From Eubacteriales bacterium (lineage in GTDB: Bacteria; Bacillota; Clostridia; Oscillospirales; CAG-272), in assembly GCA_045660185.1 (NCBI GenBank), contig JAZRDI010000006.1, positions 68,288-132,287 on the forward strand: a stretch of 64,000 nt of DNA, given 5' to 3'. The number at the start of each line of letters is the position of its first letter. The first letter of the stretch is position 1. The notes under the pieces were generated by a model. It saw only the letters and a list, made by a program, of their open reading frames with translations. It was not told the origin of the DNA and did not search any database. Of this stretch, positions 35,457 through 45,133 are shown in pieces. A program made the position numbers and the translations under genes.

Positions 35457-36575
35457 TTACTGATTTTCGTTTTTGGATATATGCTTGAGGTATGCGTTAA
35501 TGAATCCGTCGATTTCTCCGTCCATAACCGCGTCTATGTTACCGTCCTCGTAGCCTGTTCTCGTATCCTTTGCGAGAGTATAAGGCATAAATACGTAGCT
35601 GCGTATTTGGCTGCCCCATTCGATGTTCGCCTTGTTACCCTGAATGTCTTCGATTCTGTCGAGCTTTTCGCGAAGCTTGATTTCCATAAGCTTTGCTTTA
35701 AGCATTTTGATAGCGGTTTCCTTATTTTGAAGCTGGCTTCTTTCGGTCTGGCAACCAACTACTATTCCGGTAGGCTTATGAACGATTCTGATTGCAGAGT
35801 CCGTTTTGTTAATGTGCTGACCTCCGGCTCCGCTTGAACGGTGCGCGGTGATTTCCATATCCTCGTCTTTGATAACGATAGAATCGTCATCATCAAATTC
35901 GGGCATAACCTCGACTGATGCGAAAGAGGTGTGGCGTCTTCCCGAAGCGTCGAAGGGAGAGACTCTAACGAGTCTGTGAACTCCGTTCTCGCTCTTAAGA
36001 TAGCCGTAAGCGTTGATACCCTCTACCATAATGGTAGCGGATTTGATTCCTGCTTCATCTCCGTCGAGCCAGTCAACGAGCTTAACGTTGAAGCCGTGCT
36101 TTTCGCCCCATCTGGTATAGAGTCTATACAGCATAGAAGCCCAATCCTGTGCCTCTGTTCCGCCTGCTCCGGGATGGAAGGAAAGAATTGCGTTGTTTTT
36201 ATCGTACTGTCCGGAAAGAAGAACCTCAATTCTTTTCTTTTCGGCTTCCTCTTCGATGAAGGCGGTTTCGGTAACAACCTCTTCAACGGAATCCTCGTCA
36301 TTCGCCTCTATTGCCATTTCGCAAAGAGTGTAAGTATCCTCAAGCTTCATAACGAGAGCTTCGTAGCTCTCAACCTTGTCCTTGAGCTGTTTTATCTCTT
36401 GGAGCTTTTTAGATGACTTTTCGGCATCGCTCCAAAAATCTTGAACCATAGTTTCGCGCTCCAAATCGGTAACGCGTTCTTTTGCTTCGTCTATTCTTAA
36501 TTGATTTTTAAGCTCAGCGAGAACATCCTCGAGAGCAACAAGCTTTCTTTTTGCTTCGTCAAGAGCAACGATCAT
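35457..36575 (-). CDS. prfB: Peptide chain release factor 2, encoded in a single uninterrupted frame
   Basis: SPF tripeptide (VRVSPFD) and GGQ motif (SGAGGQHINKTDSAIRI); 372 aa from an ATG preceded by AAGGAG. No in-frame UGA or CUU UGA shift site. Confidence 0.93.
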   Translation of the reverse strand: MIVALDEAKRKLVALEDVLAELKNQLRIDEAKERVTDLERETMVQDFWSDAEKSSKKLQEIKQLKDKVESYEALVMKLEDTYTLCEMAIEANDEDSVEEVVTETAFIEEEAEKKRIEVLLSGQYDKNNAILSFHPGAGGTEAQDWASMLYRLYTRWGEKHGFNVKLVDWLDGDEAGIKSATIMVEGINAYGYLKSENGVHRLVRVSPFDASGRRHTSFASVEVMPEFDDDDSIVIKDEDMEITAHRSSGAGGQHINKTDSAIRIVHKPTGIVVGCQTERSQLQNKETAIKMLKAKLMEIKLREKLDRIEDIQGNKANIEWGSQIRSYVFMPYTLAKDTRTGYEDGNIDAVMDGEIDGFINAYLKHISKNENQ

Positions 36576-36710
36576 TTAAAAAATCTCCTTGATATTTTAT
36601 GAGATTAACGTCAGCGCCGCAGAAAATATTCGGAGCTGCATACAAAAATCTAACTGTTAAATTCTATCATAAATTATAACTTTTGTCAATAGTGAAAATA
36701 TTAAATAGTG

Positions 36711-36739
36711 TTGACAAGCGTCACGCTTTATGATATACT
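36711..36739 (+). promoter_or_regulatory. sigma-A type promoter for the DUF1858-trmK-nif3 operon
   Basis: TTGACA (36711-36716), 17 nt, TGa-TATACT (36734-36739). Confidence 0.6.
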
Positions 36740-36786
36740 CTACGTGTAAAAATTCGCACCGAGCGAAAATGAAAGGGAAAACAAAA

Positions 36787-36984
36787 ATGAAAGTAACAAA
36801 AGAAACACTTATCGGAGATATTCTTGATCACAACGTAGAAACTGCAAGATTCTTCTTTGAAATCGGTATGCATTGCCTTGGTTGCCCTCATTCGAGAGGC
36901 GAGTCTATAGCTGACGCTTGCCAGGTTCACGGAACTGATGCGGATGCTCTTGTTGCAAAGATCAACGCATTTCTTGGCGAATAA
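36787..36984 (+). CDS. DUF1858 (hybrid-cluster-protein-associated redox disulfide) domain protein
   Basis: 65 aa. MKVTKETLIGDILD ... GMHCLGCPHSRGESI motif. I prefer the ATG at 36787 over the track start. Confidence 0.72.
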   Translation: MKVTKETLIGDILDHNVETARFFFEIGMHCLGCPHSRGESIADACQVHGTDADALVAKINAFLGE

Positions 36985-37689
36985 GTGAAAGCGCCGATCA
37001 ACAAAAGGCTTCTTGTATGCTCCGAGCTCGTGAGAGAGGGAGCAGTGCTTGCAGACGTAGGTACAGACCATGCGTATTTGCCCATATACCTTTTGGCTCA
37101 ATCAAAAATCGAGCGCGCGGTACTCTCGGATATAAATCAAGGACCTTTAAATAAAGCCCGCGAAAATTCTGAAAAAGCGGGCTTTATTGATAGAGTAGAG
37201 CTGAAGCTTTGCAACGGCGCGAAGGATCTTTCAGACAGTGGCGCAACGGATTATGCGATTTGCGGTATGGGCGGTGAGCTTATAGCCGATATAATTGAAC
37301 ACGCCCCCCATCTTAAGAACGAAAATATCAACTTAATTTTGCAACCTATGTCCAAGCCTGAGACTCTTCGTGAATATCTTTTCTCAAACGGCTTTGAGAT
37401 ACTTAAAGAGAGGTACGTAACTGACACGGGTAAGCACTACGTGTGTATTTTAGCTCATTATTCGGGGGTTAATACGCCCTACGAGCAGCTTGATATATAT
37501 TTTGGTACGCGCTCTGTGTTTAAAGATGCAAAATCACAAGAAGAGTTAGTCTATATGAATGAAAAAATCAAATCCCTAAAGCGTGCCGTCGATGGCAAGC
37601 GCCTTGGCGGAATTGATGCAGATAATGAAACGGCGCTTCTTTCTGCGCTTTGCGAAAGAATGAAAGAAATTGATACTGAAAGGGAATAG
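36985..37689 (+). CDS. trmK: tRNA (adenine22-N1)-methyltransferase TrmK
   Basis: LADVGTDHAYLPIYL and CGMGGELI motifs. GTG start directly after the upstream stop. Confidence 0.85.
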   Translation: MKAPINKRLLVCSELVREGAVLADVGTDHAYLPIYLLAQSKIERAVLSDINQGPLNKARENSEKAGFIDRVELKLCNGAKDLSDSGATDYAICGMGGELIADIIEHAPHLKNENINLILQPMSKPETLREYLFSNGFEILKERYVTDTGKHYVCILAHYSGVNTPYEQLDIYFGTRSVFKDAKSQEELVYMNEKIKSLKRAVDGKRLGGIDADNETALLSALCERMKEIDTERE

Positions 37690-37691
37690 AT

Positions 37692-38453
37692 ATGACCGTC
37701 AGAGAACTTTATGAAATGCTTTCGGACAGAATCCCCGAGGACTTGCGTGAAGAATGGGATAACGATGGAATTATGTGCTGTGCGGACGATTTAGCGTCGG
37801 TTAATCGCGTGCTCGTAACACTTGACGTTACAGAAGAGATAGTAGATTACGCGATAGATAATGGCTTTGATCTCATTGTTTCGCACCATCCTCTTGTTTT
37901 TAAGCCTATTAGCGCAATCGACCCCGAAAATCATATAGCGAGAAAGCTTATCAAGCTTATCAAGGCAGGCGTGTCTGTTATTTCATTCCACACGAGAGCC
38001 GATAAGGTGCGTGGCGGTGTGAACGATTGCTTGGCGAGAATACTCGGTCTTATTGACGTTGAGGTGTTCGGAGATGATTGTCTTGGAAGAATAGGCCATC
38101 TTGAAAGAGAAACGAGCCTTGAAGAATTTGCGGAGCGCGTTAAGTCCGCTTTGGGAATAGAGAAGGTTATAGTTTCGGATGCGTATAGCCCCGTGTATAG
38201 CGTTGCGCTTGTAGGCGGTGACGGAAAGGGATATATTGGCGAGGCAATCGAGAATGGCGCTGATACATATCTTTCGGGAAGAATCGGATATAACACAATG
38301 GAAGAAGCTGCCGAAATGGGAATAAATCTTATCGAAGCCGGACATTACGCAACCGAATTTCCCGTAACAAAATTCTTCTCAAATCTTCTCTTAAAAATCG
38401 ATCCGAAGCTTGCGGTTGAAATCGTAGGCTCTTACGTTTTAAGAACGATATAA
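37692..38453 (+). CDS. Nif3-like dinuclear metal centre protein (YqfO/GTP cyclohydrolase 1 type 2 homologue)
   Basis: DLIVSHHPLVF and GHYATE motifs, plus the conserved trmK-nif3 gene pair. Confidence 0.88.
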   Translation: MTVRELYEMLSDRIPEDLREEWDNDGIMCCADDLASVNRVLVTLDVTEEIVDYAIDNGFDLIVSHHPLVFKPISAIDPENHIARKLIKLIKAGVSVISFHTRADKVRGGVNDCLARILGLIDVEVFGDDCLGRIGHLERETSLEEFAERVKSALGIEKVIVSDAYSPVYSVALVGGDGKGYIGEAIENGADTYLSGRIGYNTMEEAAEMGINLIEAGHYATEFPVTKFFSNLLLKIDPKLAVEIVGSYVLRTI

Positions 38454-38596
38454 AATAAATTTGCAAATAACTTGCAGCCAAATATAAATCGCATAAACAA
38501 TTTGCAAACAATACGCAATCATAACAAAAGTGATTTGTAAACCAAAAAACGAACTATATGCAAACAATAATTTGCATATAACGCAATAAATCAAAG

Positions 38597-38630
38597 AAAC
38601 GCCCGTGCCTAAACAAAGCACGGGCGTTTT
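38597..38630. terminator. Bidirectional terminator between nif3 and the VWA gene
   Basis: AAACGCCCGTGC-ctaaacaaa-GCACGGGCGTTTT. Confidence 0.8.
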
Positions 38631-38665
38631 AATTAGGTTATAAAATTGTTTGTGGATAATCTTGA

Positions 38666-41600
38666 TTACAAGATATTGATATATGTTTCCGCGATTTTGA
38701 GTTGTATTGGCGAAAGAATAAATCGATCTCGTTCTAACCGTTCTCGCGCTATCTCATAGTAAGAAACGCCGTCTTCGGTATTACCGGATAGCGCATCCCT
38801 GTAATAGGTTTCGCCGTCTATTACTTGATTAGACTCTTCGTATTTTGAACCACCGTATTCCGAAATATCGGAAGGTCGTTCTGCCTTTTGTTGTTTATAA
38901 GCTCGGTTGTTAAGACTCATAAGATAATAGTCTTCTCCGCTGACTACTTGATTTGCTTTAACGTATCTTGATGAGTCAGAGTTTTCGAGTCTGCTCGGAG
39001 TTTGATCAGCAAAGTATTTTGCCGCGTTGTCTGCCATATAGTACTCTATAATGTTGTAGATCATTAGAGGGAAATCGATGATTAGAGGAAGATTTGAATA
39101 GTTAAGGCTAAATGGCATTAACACAACCTTTGCATTTTCATCGTCCTTGTCGGTAGCGTAGAGTACGGGGGTGTTACCGCAGAAAAGTATAGGAGTGTAG
39201 CTTGCGTCGGGGTTAATAATTTCGGTATATTTTGTTATGCCGATTTCTTCGGGGAATAGGTCATTGATTATAGGGTGATCTGTTTTTGTGGCAAAATAAG
39301 TGAGTTCGTTGAGATGTTTTTCGGATCCTACCTTGAATCCCGAACCGCTAATATCAAACCAAGGGTCCGATATGATAGCTATGCCATCATTTGGAAGTGT
39401 GTCGGGCATATATCTTTCGTAAATGTATACGTCATAGCCTTCTGTTGGGATAACCTGATTTTCTAATTCGGGAACGACGATGAATTCTTCGAACTTTATG
39501 TCCCAATTGTATTTTAGCTTTTCTCTTATTACACGGATCGCTGTTGAGAAATAGTTGTTTGGGTTGTTGCTGGAATAAAGAACTTTAATTGGGAGTTTTT
39601 CGGTGTTGAGAAGGCAAAAATTGTCGTCATCAGGGAACGGATCATCTTCTTCAACTCTTGCGGTAACGGTGGTGTAAGAAACGGTTTCGAAAAGATAGGG
39701 ATATTCGCTTTCGTACGCTTTGCTGTATTCAGTCTCGTAGCTGAAATCGTCATTCCTGAATTCGGGAATGCAAAGTGTAGTAATTTCGCCGTCATATAGG
39801 AATTCGGATGCCGAAACTTCAAAGGTTGTTGGTGCAAGACCATCGATAACTCCGTCTAATTCGTCCTCTGTTTCATCTTCTGTGTTCTTCTTACCTTCTA
39901 CGATAGCGTAAACGGTAACGAATCTGTTTTGCCCGTAGCAAACAACGTCTACTTCAAGTGTGTATTTGTTATCAAAACGAATCATACGGGTGTCAAGAAT
40001 CGCAACGTTGTGTGTATAAGGTATGTCTTGGTTTTTATCGATTAAATATTTATCCGGAAACTCAAAAACTTCTATGGTGTTAGATATAAATTTTCCGTTT
40101 CCTTCTTTTGAAAGAGTAAGTAAAAGATTAGATGCTTCGTCACGGTTTGGGAACATATCGTATTCTTTTGAATAAGAGATAGATTTATATATGCGTTTTT
40201 GCGCAATAATCTCGCCCCGGAAATTCTTTTTTGCTGCGAGAATTTCGTGTATACCCACAGTGGTGAGATCAAAATTGAATTTCCAATAACAATCGTTTTC
40301 TCCGGCAATAAATGTTTGAGTTGTGTCGTAAGGTGAAAGTGTGTTCGAAGGGGAAGTAACTGTAATTTCAACATATTCGCCGTTCGAAAGCTTAGTATAT
40401 ACGTTGACCTGCGTTTCATAGTTCTCACCTTCGTATTCAACGTCTATGCCGTCATATCTAATGTTTTCGTTTGGCATAAGACCGTTAACGATGTTTGTGA
40501 GAATAGCAGTTCCCTCGGGAGTATCGATAAATCCGCTCGACCAGTTACCGTTAAGGTCGCATCCGAACGTACCCACCTTACCTTTTCCGTAGGTCCACTG
40601 TGTGTAAATGGGAGTAAACTCACCCTTAAGAAGAACCTGAAGATTCTTCGTAAGATCGTTGTTGTCTCCGTCGGCATCCTTTGCCTTCATACCGTAGAAG
40701 CCTTCAAGAGTAGGCATATCCTCCTGCTTGATGTGCTCGGACTTGCCGTTTACGTCAATCTTGGTGATGTCGCTTGTAGTGCCGATCTGAATCTGAAATT
40801 CCTCGTAGTTGAAGTCGGTGATTTCGGGAGCGCCCATATCGTCTCTTACTGCGTCCGGAACCGAATCGTCAGCATAAACGTTGTGGAAATTCTTCTCTTC
40901 AACGCCTGCAAACTCAACGAGAAGCTGCTTCATAAGAGTCTGCGCCGAGTTAGTACACTGAATACCGATAATAGAGGTGGTAATACCTGCGGCAGCGTTG
41001 TCAAGCAAAACTTCCTTGGTGAGGTCAACGTTTGAAGAATCGGGCTCGCCGTCCGTGATGACGATAATGTGCTTTTTCTCAACGTCGGTTTGGGCTCTAA
41101 GTATTTGTCCTGCTGCTGCAAGCGCGGTCGAGAATACCGTACCGCCTCCGTCCTTACCAATGTTCTGAATGCTATTAAGAATTTTAGATCTTTCTGTTGC
41201 GGGAGTAAGCTCGAGGGCTTCCTCTCCGTAATCGTCAAGCTCGTAAACACCGATGTAGTCACGCTCGGAAAGAAGGTCAAGACAAACTCTCGCGCCCTGC
41301 AAAGCGTAGTAAAGCTTACTTGTTTCAAATTCCGTGTCGAAGTCTTCGCTATACATTGATCCCGATTTGTCTATAAGGAGCATGACTGCAACAGGGGGAG
41401 TGAAGTTGATTACGTCAACGGGGAGAAGCTTCTTGAGATACTGCGAGGGCTTCAAGTCTTCCTTTGTGAACGCGTTGGGAGTTTCTCCGTCAGCCTCGGT
41501 ACCGCAGACTGTGAAAAGACCGCCGCCGGCTTCGCTAACGTAGTCGTAGAGAATCTTCTCGAAGCCCTCGGGCATCTGACCGTATGAAACGTTACAAAGA

Positions 41601-42583
41601 ATTACCTGGTCGTAAAGACGAAGATTGTCGAGCGTTGAGGGAACTCTATTGGTGTCATCAATATTAACTGTTGTAATATCGAAGTCAACGCCAAGCATTC
41701 TTTCAATTGCCGCGGATTCACCGTCAATGCTCTCGAGAATGAGGATTTTGTTGAAGTTTTCTGTGAGTATGTAAGAATGGAATGTGTTATTGGTTTTTAA
41801 AGAGTCCCGATCGCTTTCCAATACGAATGATAATTTGTGAATATTATTAGCGTTGGGCTGATTTATGGTTATAGGAATCTTGATCGCTTGAGTATTTCCT
41901 GCGAGCTTTATGTTTAACGTGCTGATGGGGACGTCGTTTTCATAAACGCTGATGGTTGCATTGCCTGCGTAAGTGCTTTGAACGGTAAGCTCCAATGTGA
42001 ATTGTTCGCCAAATTTGATTTTAGAGCTTGGGCGAGTAATATCGGTTATTTGAGCTTCGTAAATACCTTTTGATACGTTGAAATCAACGGTATCTACGGT
42101 TATTCCCTTTGAGGTGGCATTTTTAACTGCTTCAAGCGCATCTCCGTCGGTTTCCAATCCATCGGAAATCAACACTATCTTGGATTTTTTCGGATTTGTG
42201 AAAAGTGAAGAAGCGTAATTAATGGCATCGGCAATGTTAGTTGCCTCTATGTTGGGCTGCTTTGATGAAAGATAATTCAAATAAATGTCTTTGGTTTCAT
42301 AAGATAATTCACACGCGTAAACCTGATCGTATCCAAATGTTACTATACCAAGCTTATTTGTTCCGTTATTTAAATAGATAACGTCATCAATAAAGCTTTC
42401 AATTTTTTGTTGAGCTGCGCCGATACTGTATGAAGCATCAACAAGAAGGATTATTTCGTTGTCGTTTCTATTTGCAGAGTCATCCTTGTTTTTATCCTTA
42501 AACCATTTTAAAGGGTTGAATCCGCACGAGGATAATGATAAAACTATTGAAAGAGAGAAAATGAGTAATAATAATTTTTTCAT
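38666..42583 (-). CDS. Very large lipoprotein (1305 aa) with two von Willebrand factor A (VWA) domains
   Basis: Lipobox LSSCG; MIDAS motifs LLVDASYSIG and LLIDKSGSM; long beta-rich C-terminal region with no recognised family. Confidence 0.8.
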   Translation of the reverse strand: MKKLLLLIFSLSIVLSLSSCGFNPLKWFKDKNKDDSANRNDNEIILLVDASYSIGAAQQKIESFIDDVIYLNNGTNKLGIVTFGYDQVYACELSYETKDIYLNYLSSKQPNIEATNIADAINYASSLFTNPKKSKIVLISDGLETDGDALEAVKNATSKGITVDTVDFNVSKGIYEAQITDITRPSSKIKFGEQFTLELTVQSTYAGNATISVYENDVPISTLNIKLAGNTQAIKIPITINQPNANNIHKLSFVLESDRDSLKTNNTFHSYILTENFNKILILESIDGESAAIERMLGVDFDITTVNIDDTNRVPSTLDNLRLYDQVILCNVSYGQMPEGFEKILYDYVSEAGGGLFTVCGTEADGETPNAFTKEDLKPSQYLKKLLPVDVINFTPPVAVMLLIDKSGSMYSEDFDTEFETSKLYYALQGARVCLDLLSERDYIGVYELDDYGEEALELTPATERSKILNSIQNIGKDGGGTVFSTALAAAGQILRAQTDVEKKHIIVITDGEPDSSNVDLTKEVLLDNAAAGITTSIIGIQCTNSAQTLMKQLLVEFAGVEEKNFHNVYADDSVPDAVRDDMGAPEITDFNYEEFQIQIGTTSDITKIDVNGKSEHIKQEDMPTLEGFYGMKAKDADGDNNDLTKNLQVLLKGEFTPIYTQWTYGKGKVGTFGCDLNGNWSSGFIDTPEGTAILTNIVNGLMPNENIRYDGIDVEYEGENYETQVNVYTKLSNGEYVEITVTSPSNTLSPYDTTQTFIAGENDCYWKFNFDLTTVGIHEILAAKKNFRGEIIAQKRIYKSISYSKEYDMFPNRDEASNLLLTLSKEGNGKFISNTIEVFEFPDKYLIDKNQDIPYTHNVAILDTRMIRFDNKYTLEVDVVCYGQNRFVTVYAIVEGKKNTEDETEDELDGVIDGLAPTTFEVSASEFLYDGEITTLCIPEFRNDDFSYETEYSKAYESEYPYLFETVSYTTVTARVEEDDPFPDDDNFCLLNTEKLPIKVLYSSNNPNNYFSTAIRVIREKLKYNWDIKFEEFIVVPELENQVIPTEGYDVYIYERYMPDTLPNDGIAIISDPWFDISGSGFKVGSEKHLNELTYFATKTDHPIINDLFPEEIGITKYTEIINPDASYTPILFCGNTPVLYATDKDDENAKVVLMPFSLNYSNLPLIIDFPLMIYNIIEYYMADNAAKYFADQTPSRLENSDSSRYVKANQVVSGEDYYLMSLNNRAYKQQKAERPSDISEYGGSKYEESNQVIDGETYYRDALSGNTEDGVSYYEIARERLERDRFILSPIQLKIAETYINIL

Positions 42584-42624
42584 AGCAGTTTTCCTTTAGA
42601 AAAGCGTTTTGATGTATTAAGATA

Positions 42625-44955
42625 TTAAAGAAGATACCATTCCTTCGCGCTTGAATCGTAGCGCCATTTGGCTATTGCTCCGTTTTGAGCGTATGCCCAG
42701 AAATCGTGCTCGGAATCGCCTGACGGCGCGGTTTCGGAGAAGTAGTAAATGCGACCGTTTTTGAACGTATCGTTTTGGGGTTCAACCGAAACTTTACATA
42801 GGTCTTCGTAAGTACCGCAATAATAGATTTCCAAGTTGCTTATGCCGGTTATGGCGTTTTCGCAGATTTGCTTTATTGCTTTGGGTATAACGAGCATTCT
42901 CATATTACCGCAGTATGCGAAGCCTTCCTTTCCTATCGATTCCGTTTCGTTTGAAATGATAATTCCGCTTATTTTGGCAAAGCCGAAGAATTGGTAATCA
43001 CCGATATTGGTTACGTCTTGCGGAAGTAAAATGATTTGAGATTCTACCGACGTATAACCGAGGTGTTCGTCGTAGATATAAAAATCTGTGGCTGAATCGT
43101 AGTTGCGGTTTTTGTTGGAATACATGGGATTTGACGATTCGTTTTTGAAGCGAATTTTGCACCAATCGGAGAAGTCACCGTTAAAGAAAACAGAAGAAAT
43201 TATTTCGCATCCATCAAATGCAAATTCATTTGATACGGTAAGATTTTTGGAAAGATAAAGCGTTGAAAGCGAAACGCATCCGCTGAAGGAGTAAGCGCCA
43301 AGCTCTGTGTAGTCGCTTAAAAGATGTACCTCTGAGAGCGAAATGCACTTGCTGAATGCATACTCGCCTATTTTTATTTCAGAGGATTGGATCTCGAGTG
43401 TTGTGAGTGCAGAATAGCCAAAGAATTGATAGCGTCCGATTTCATCTATTTCATCGGTGAGGACGATTTGAGAAGGAGTATAAGCTCGTCCGCTTGGGTT
43501 AGTCATAAAGAAGTTGTTGGTGAACTGCATCGGATTTGAAAGCTTTAGCGGAATGGATATTTTGCACCAATCGATATAATCGGCATCGTAATAGATTTTT
43601 CCTATCGCAGTATCGGTTGAGAAAATAGGCTTGGTTTCGTCACCAAACGCTATGACACTTTTTGGAATGTTTAACGAAACTATGTTTTTAAATCCTTCGA
43701 ATGCATAGCCGGGGATATATTTTACGCCGTCCGGAATTTCTATTTTGTTTACCTTTTGATAGAATCCATATTCGTCGAGCATATAAAATTCGGTAGCATA
43801 GTTCATAGGATTGGCTTTTTCGCCAAATACGATATGACACCAATCGCTCCAATCTCCCTCATAGTAAACTCGCTCGAGTGAGTCGCAACCCTCGAATGCA
43901 AAGTTGGCTATGTATTCTATAGAAGCGGGAATGGTTATTGAGATGAGATTATCATTGTTTGCAAAGGACTTTATTGCGGTTACAGATTTACCGATATACT
44001 GTGCATCGGTGCCGTCATAAATGGAAAAGACGGTCGCAGACTCCTCGTTGGCAGAATAACTAACGGAAAGTCCGTAATTTTCTTCGGAATACGTCATTTT
44101 TGTGATAACGTAGTTGCATATTGTGCATTTGTTTTCATTGAAGGTATGCACTTCAGGCGCGCTTTCGTTGAAATATCCGCAGGTATCGCATTTTATGTAG
44201 TGAGCATCGGAAAGAAGCTCGTATTGATTTGTGTATTTATGGTCGAGAGTATAGCTTGTTTCGAATTTGAAAACCTTCATTGAGTCGGTTGCATCGTCAT
44301 ATATATCTTCGTTGTAGATATAATACACGGGAAGAGGAGAGTTGCACGATGCTTGGCTTTCGTTGCCTCGTATGAAATCGATAGTATAATCGTATGAATT
44401 AAATTTCGGCAGGAATTTAGTTACACTGTGCCCATTTGCGCACGTTCTCTCTATCTCTCCCTGCGATGTTTGCGTGGGAACGAGGGTTACATCCCAAGAA
44501 GTCCAAGAGTGTCCGAGAGGGCGTGTATTTTCTGTTTCTTTCATTTTTCCGCAGATGCAAGTAAGAAGCGTGTAACCACCTAATTCGCAAGTTGGAGATA
44601 TAACTTCTCTTTTTGCATCAAAGTCGCAAACGTGTCTATCGTTGTTATCGTTGCCGTTGTTGTTATCGTTGTTATTGCCGTTATTGGTAGAAGTATTATT
44701 GTTGCTTTCTTGGCTACTGTTATCGTTTGATGAGCCGTTGCTTGTGCTATCATCGGTTGAAGACGAGCCGTTTGCGCTTTCTGTATTTGAATTGCTTGAA
44801 TCGTTTTTGTTTTCGTTCGAAGGATTGCTTTCCGATGGTGCTTCGGAAGCTTGGCTGTTATCGTTATTCTCGTTTGTATCTGGCGAGTCGTTCTTACAAG
44901 CCGAAAGCAATAGAAGGAAACAAAACGCCATTATTAAAGGTAGTATTCTTTTCAT
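42625..44955 (-). CDS. Large lipoprotein with an Asn/Ser-rich linker, a Cys-rich region and BspA-type leucine-rich repeats
   Basis: Lipobox LLSACK after MKRILPLIMAF (ATG 44955). N/S/D low-complexity stretch of about 90 aa. Repeated I..YAF.GC..L..I.IP units. Confidence 0.75.
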   Translation of the reverse strand: MKRILPLIMAFCFLLLLSACKNDSPDTNENNDNSQASEAPSESNPSNENKNDSSNSNTESANGSSSTDDSTSNGSSNDNSSQESNNNTSTNNGNNNDNNNGNDNNDRHVCDFDAKREVISPTCELGGYTLLTCICGKMKETENTRPLGHSWTSWDVTLVPTQTSQGEIERTCANGHSVTKFLPKFNSYDYTIDFIRGNESQASCNSPLPVYYIYNEDIYDDATDSMKVFKFETSYTLDHKYTNQYELLSDAHYIKCDTCGYFNESAPEVHTFNENKCTICNYVITKMTYSEENYGLSVSYSANEESATVFSIYDGTDAQYIGKSVTAIKSFANNDNLISITIPASIEYIANFAFEGCDSLERVYYEGDWSDWCHIVFGEKANPMNYATEFYMLDEYGFYQKVNKIEIPDGVKYIPGYAFEGFKNIVSLNIPKSVIAFGDETKPIFSTDTAIGKIYYDADYIDWCKISIPLKLSNPMQFTNNFFMTNPSGRAYTPSQIVLTDEIDEIGRYQFFGYSALTTLEIQSSEIKIGEYAFSKCISLSEVHLLSDYTELGAYSFSGCVSLSTLYLSKNLTVSNEFAFDGCEIISSVFFNGDFSDWCKIRFKNESSNPMYSNKNRNYDSATDFYIYDEHLGYTSVESQIILLPQDVTNIGDYQFFGFAKISGIIISNETESIGKEGFAYCGNMRMLVIPKAIKQICENAITGISNLEIYYCGTYEDLCKVSVEPQNDTFKNGRIYYFSETAPSGDSEHDFWAYAQNGAIAKWRYDSSAKEWYLL

Positions 44956-45133
44956 TTTAGTGTCCTTAGATTTTAGGATTTTTTTGTTTAAGAACATTAT
45001 ACAACCTTTTTAAGAAAAAATCAACAGTAATGCTTTATAAAGATATAAAAGATTTAACACAGAAATGCGCAAAAAGAAGCAAAGCACACAAGTAATTTTG
45101 ATTAGCTTGATGCAATGCTTCTGTTTTGACAGT

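Noticed and set aside
35457-36575. Programmed +1 frameshift site in prfB.
   Set aside because: I looked for an upstream short frame ending in CUU UGA. The gene is a single continuous frame with its own RBS and ATG, so no frameshift feature is reported.
38329-38621. Two 60-aa minus-strand ORFs in the nif3-VWA intergenic region.
   Set aside because: They are composed of the TTTGCAAA-type repeats and overlap the bidirectional terminator. They lack an RBS and have implausible composition.
44640-44900. Highly repetitive AAC/AAT/GAT-rich DNA that at first glance resembles a tandem repeat or degenerate array.
   Set aside because: It is in frame within the LRR lipoprotein gene and encodes an Asn/Ser/Asp-rich linker. 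There is no constant repeat/spacer periodicity, so it is neither a CRISPR array nor a non-coding satellite.
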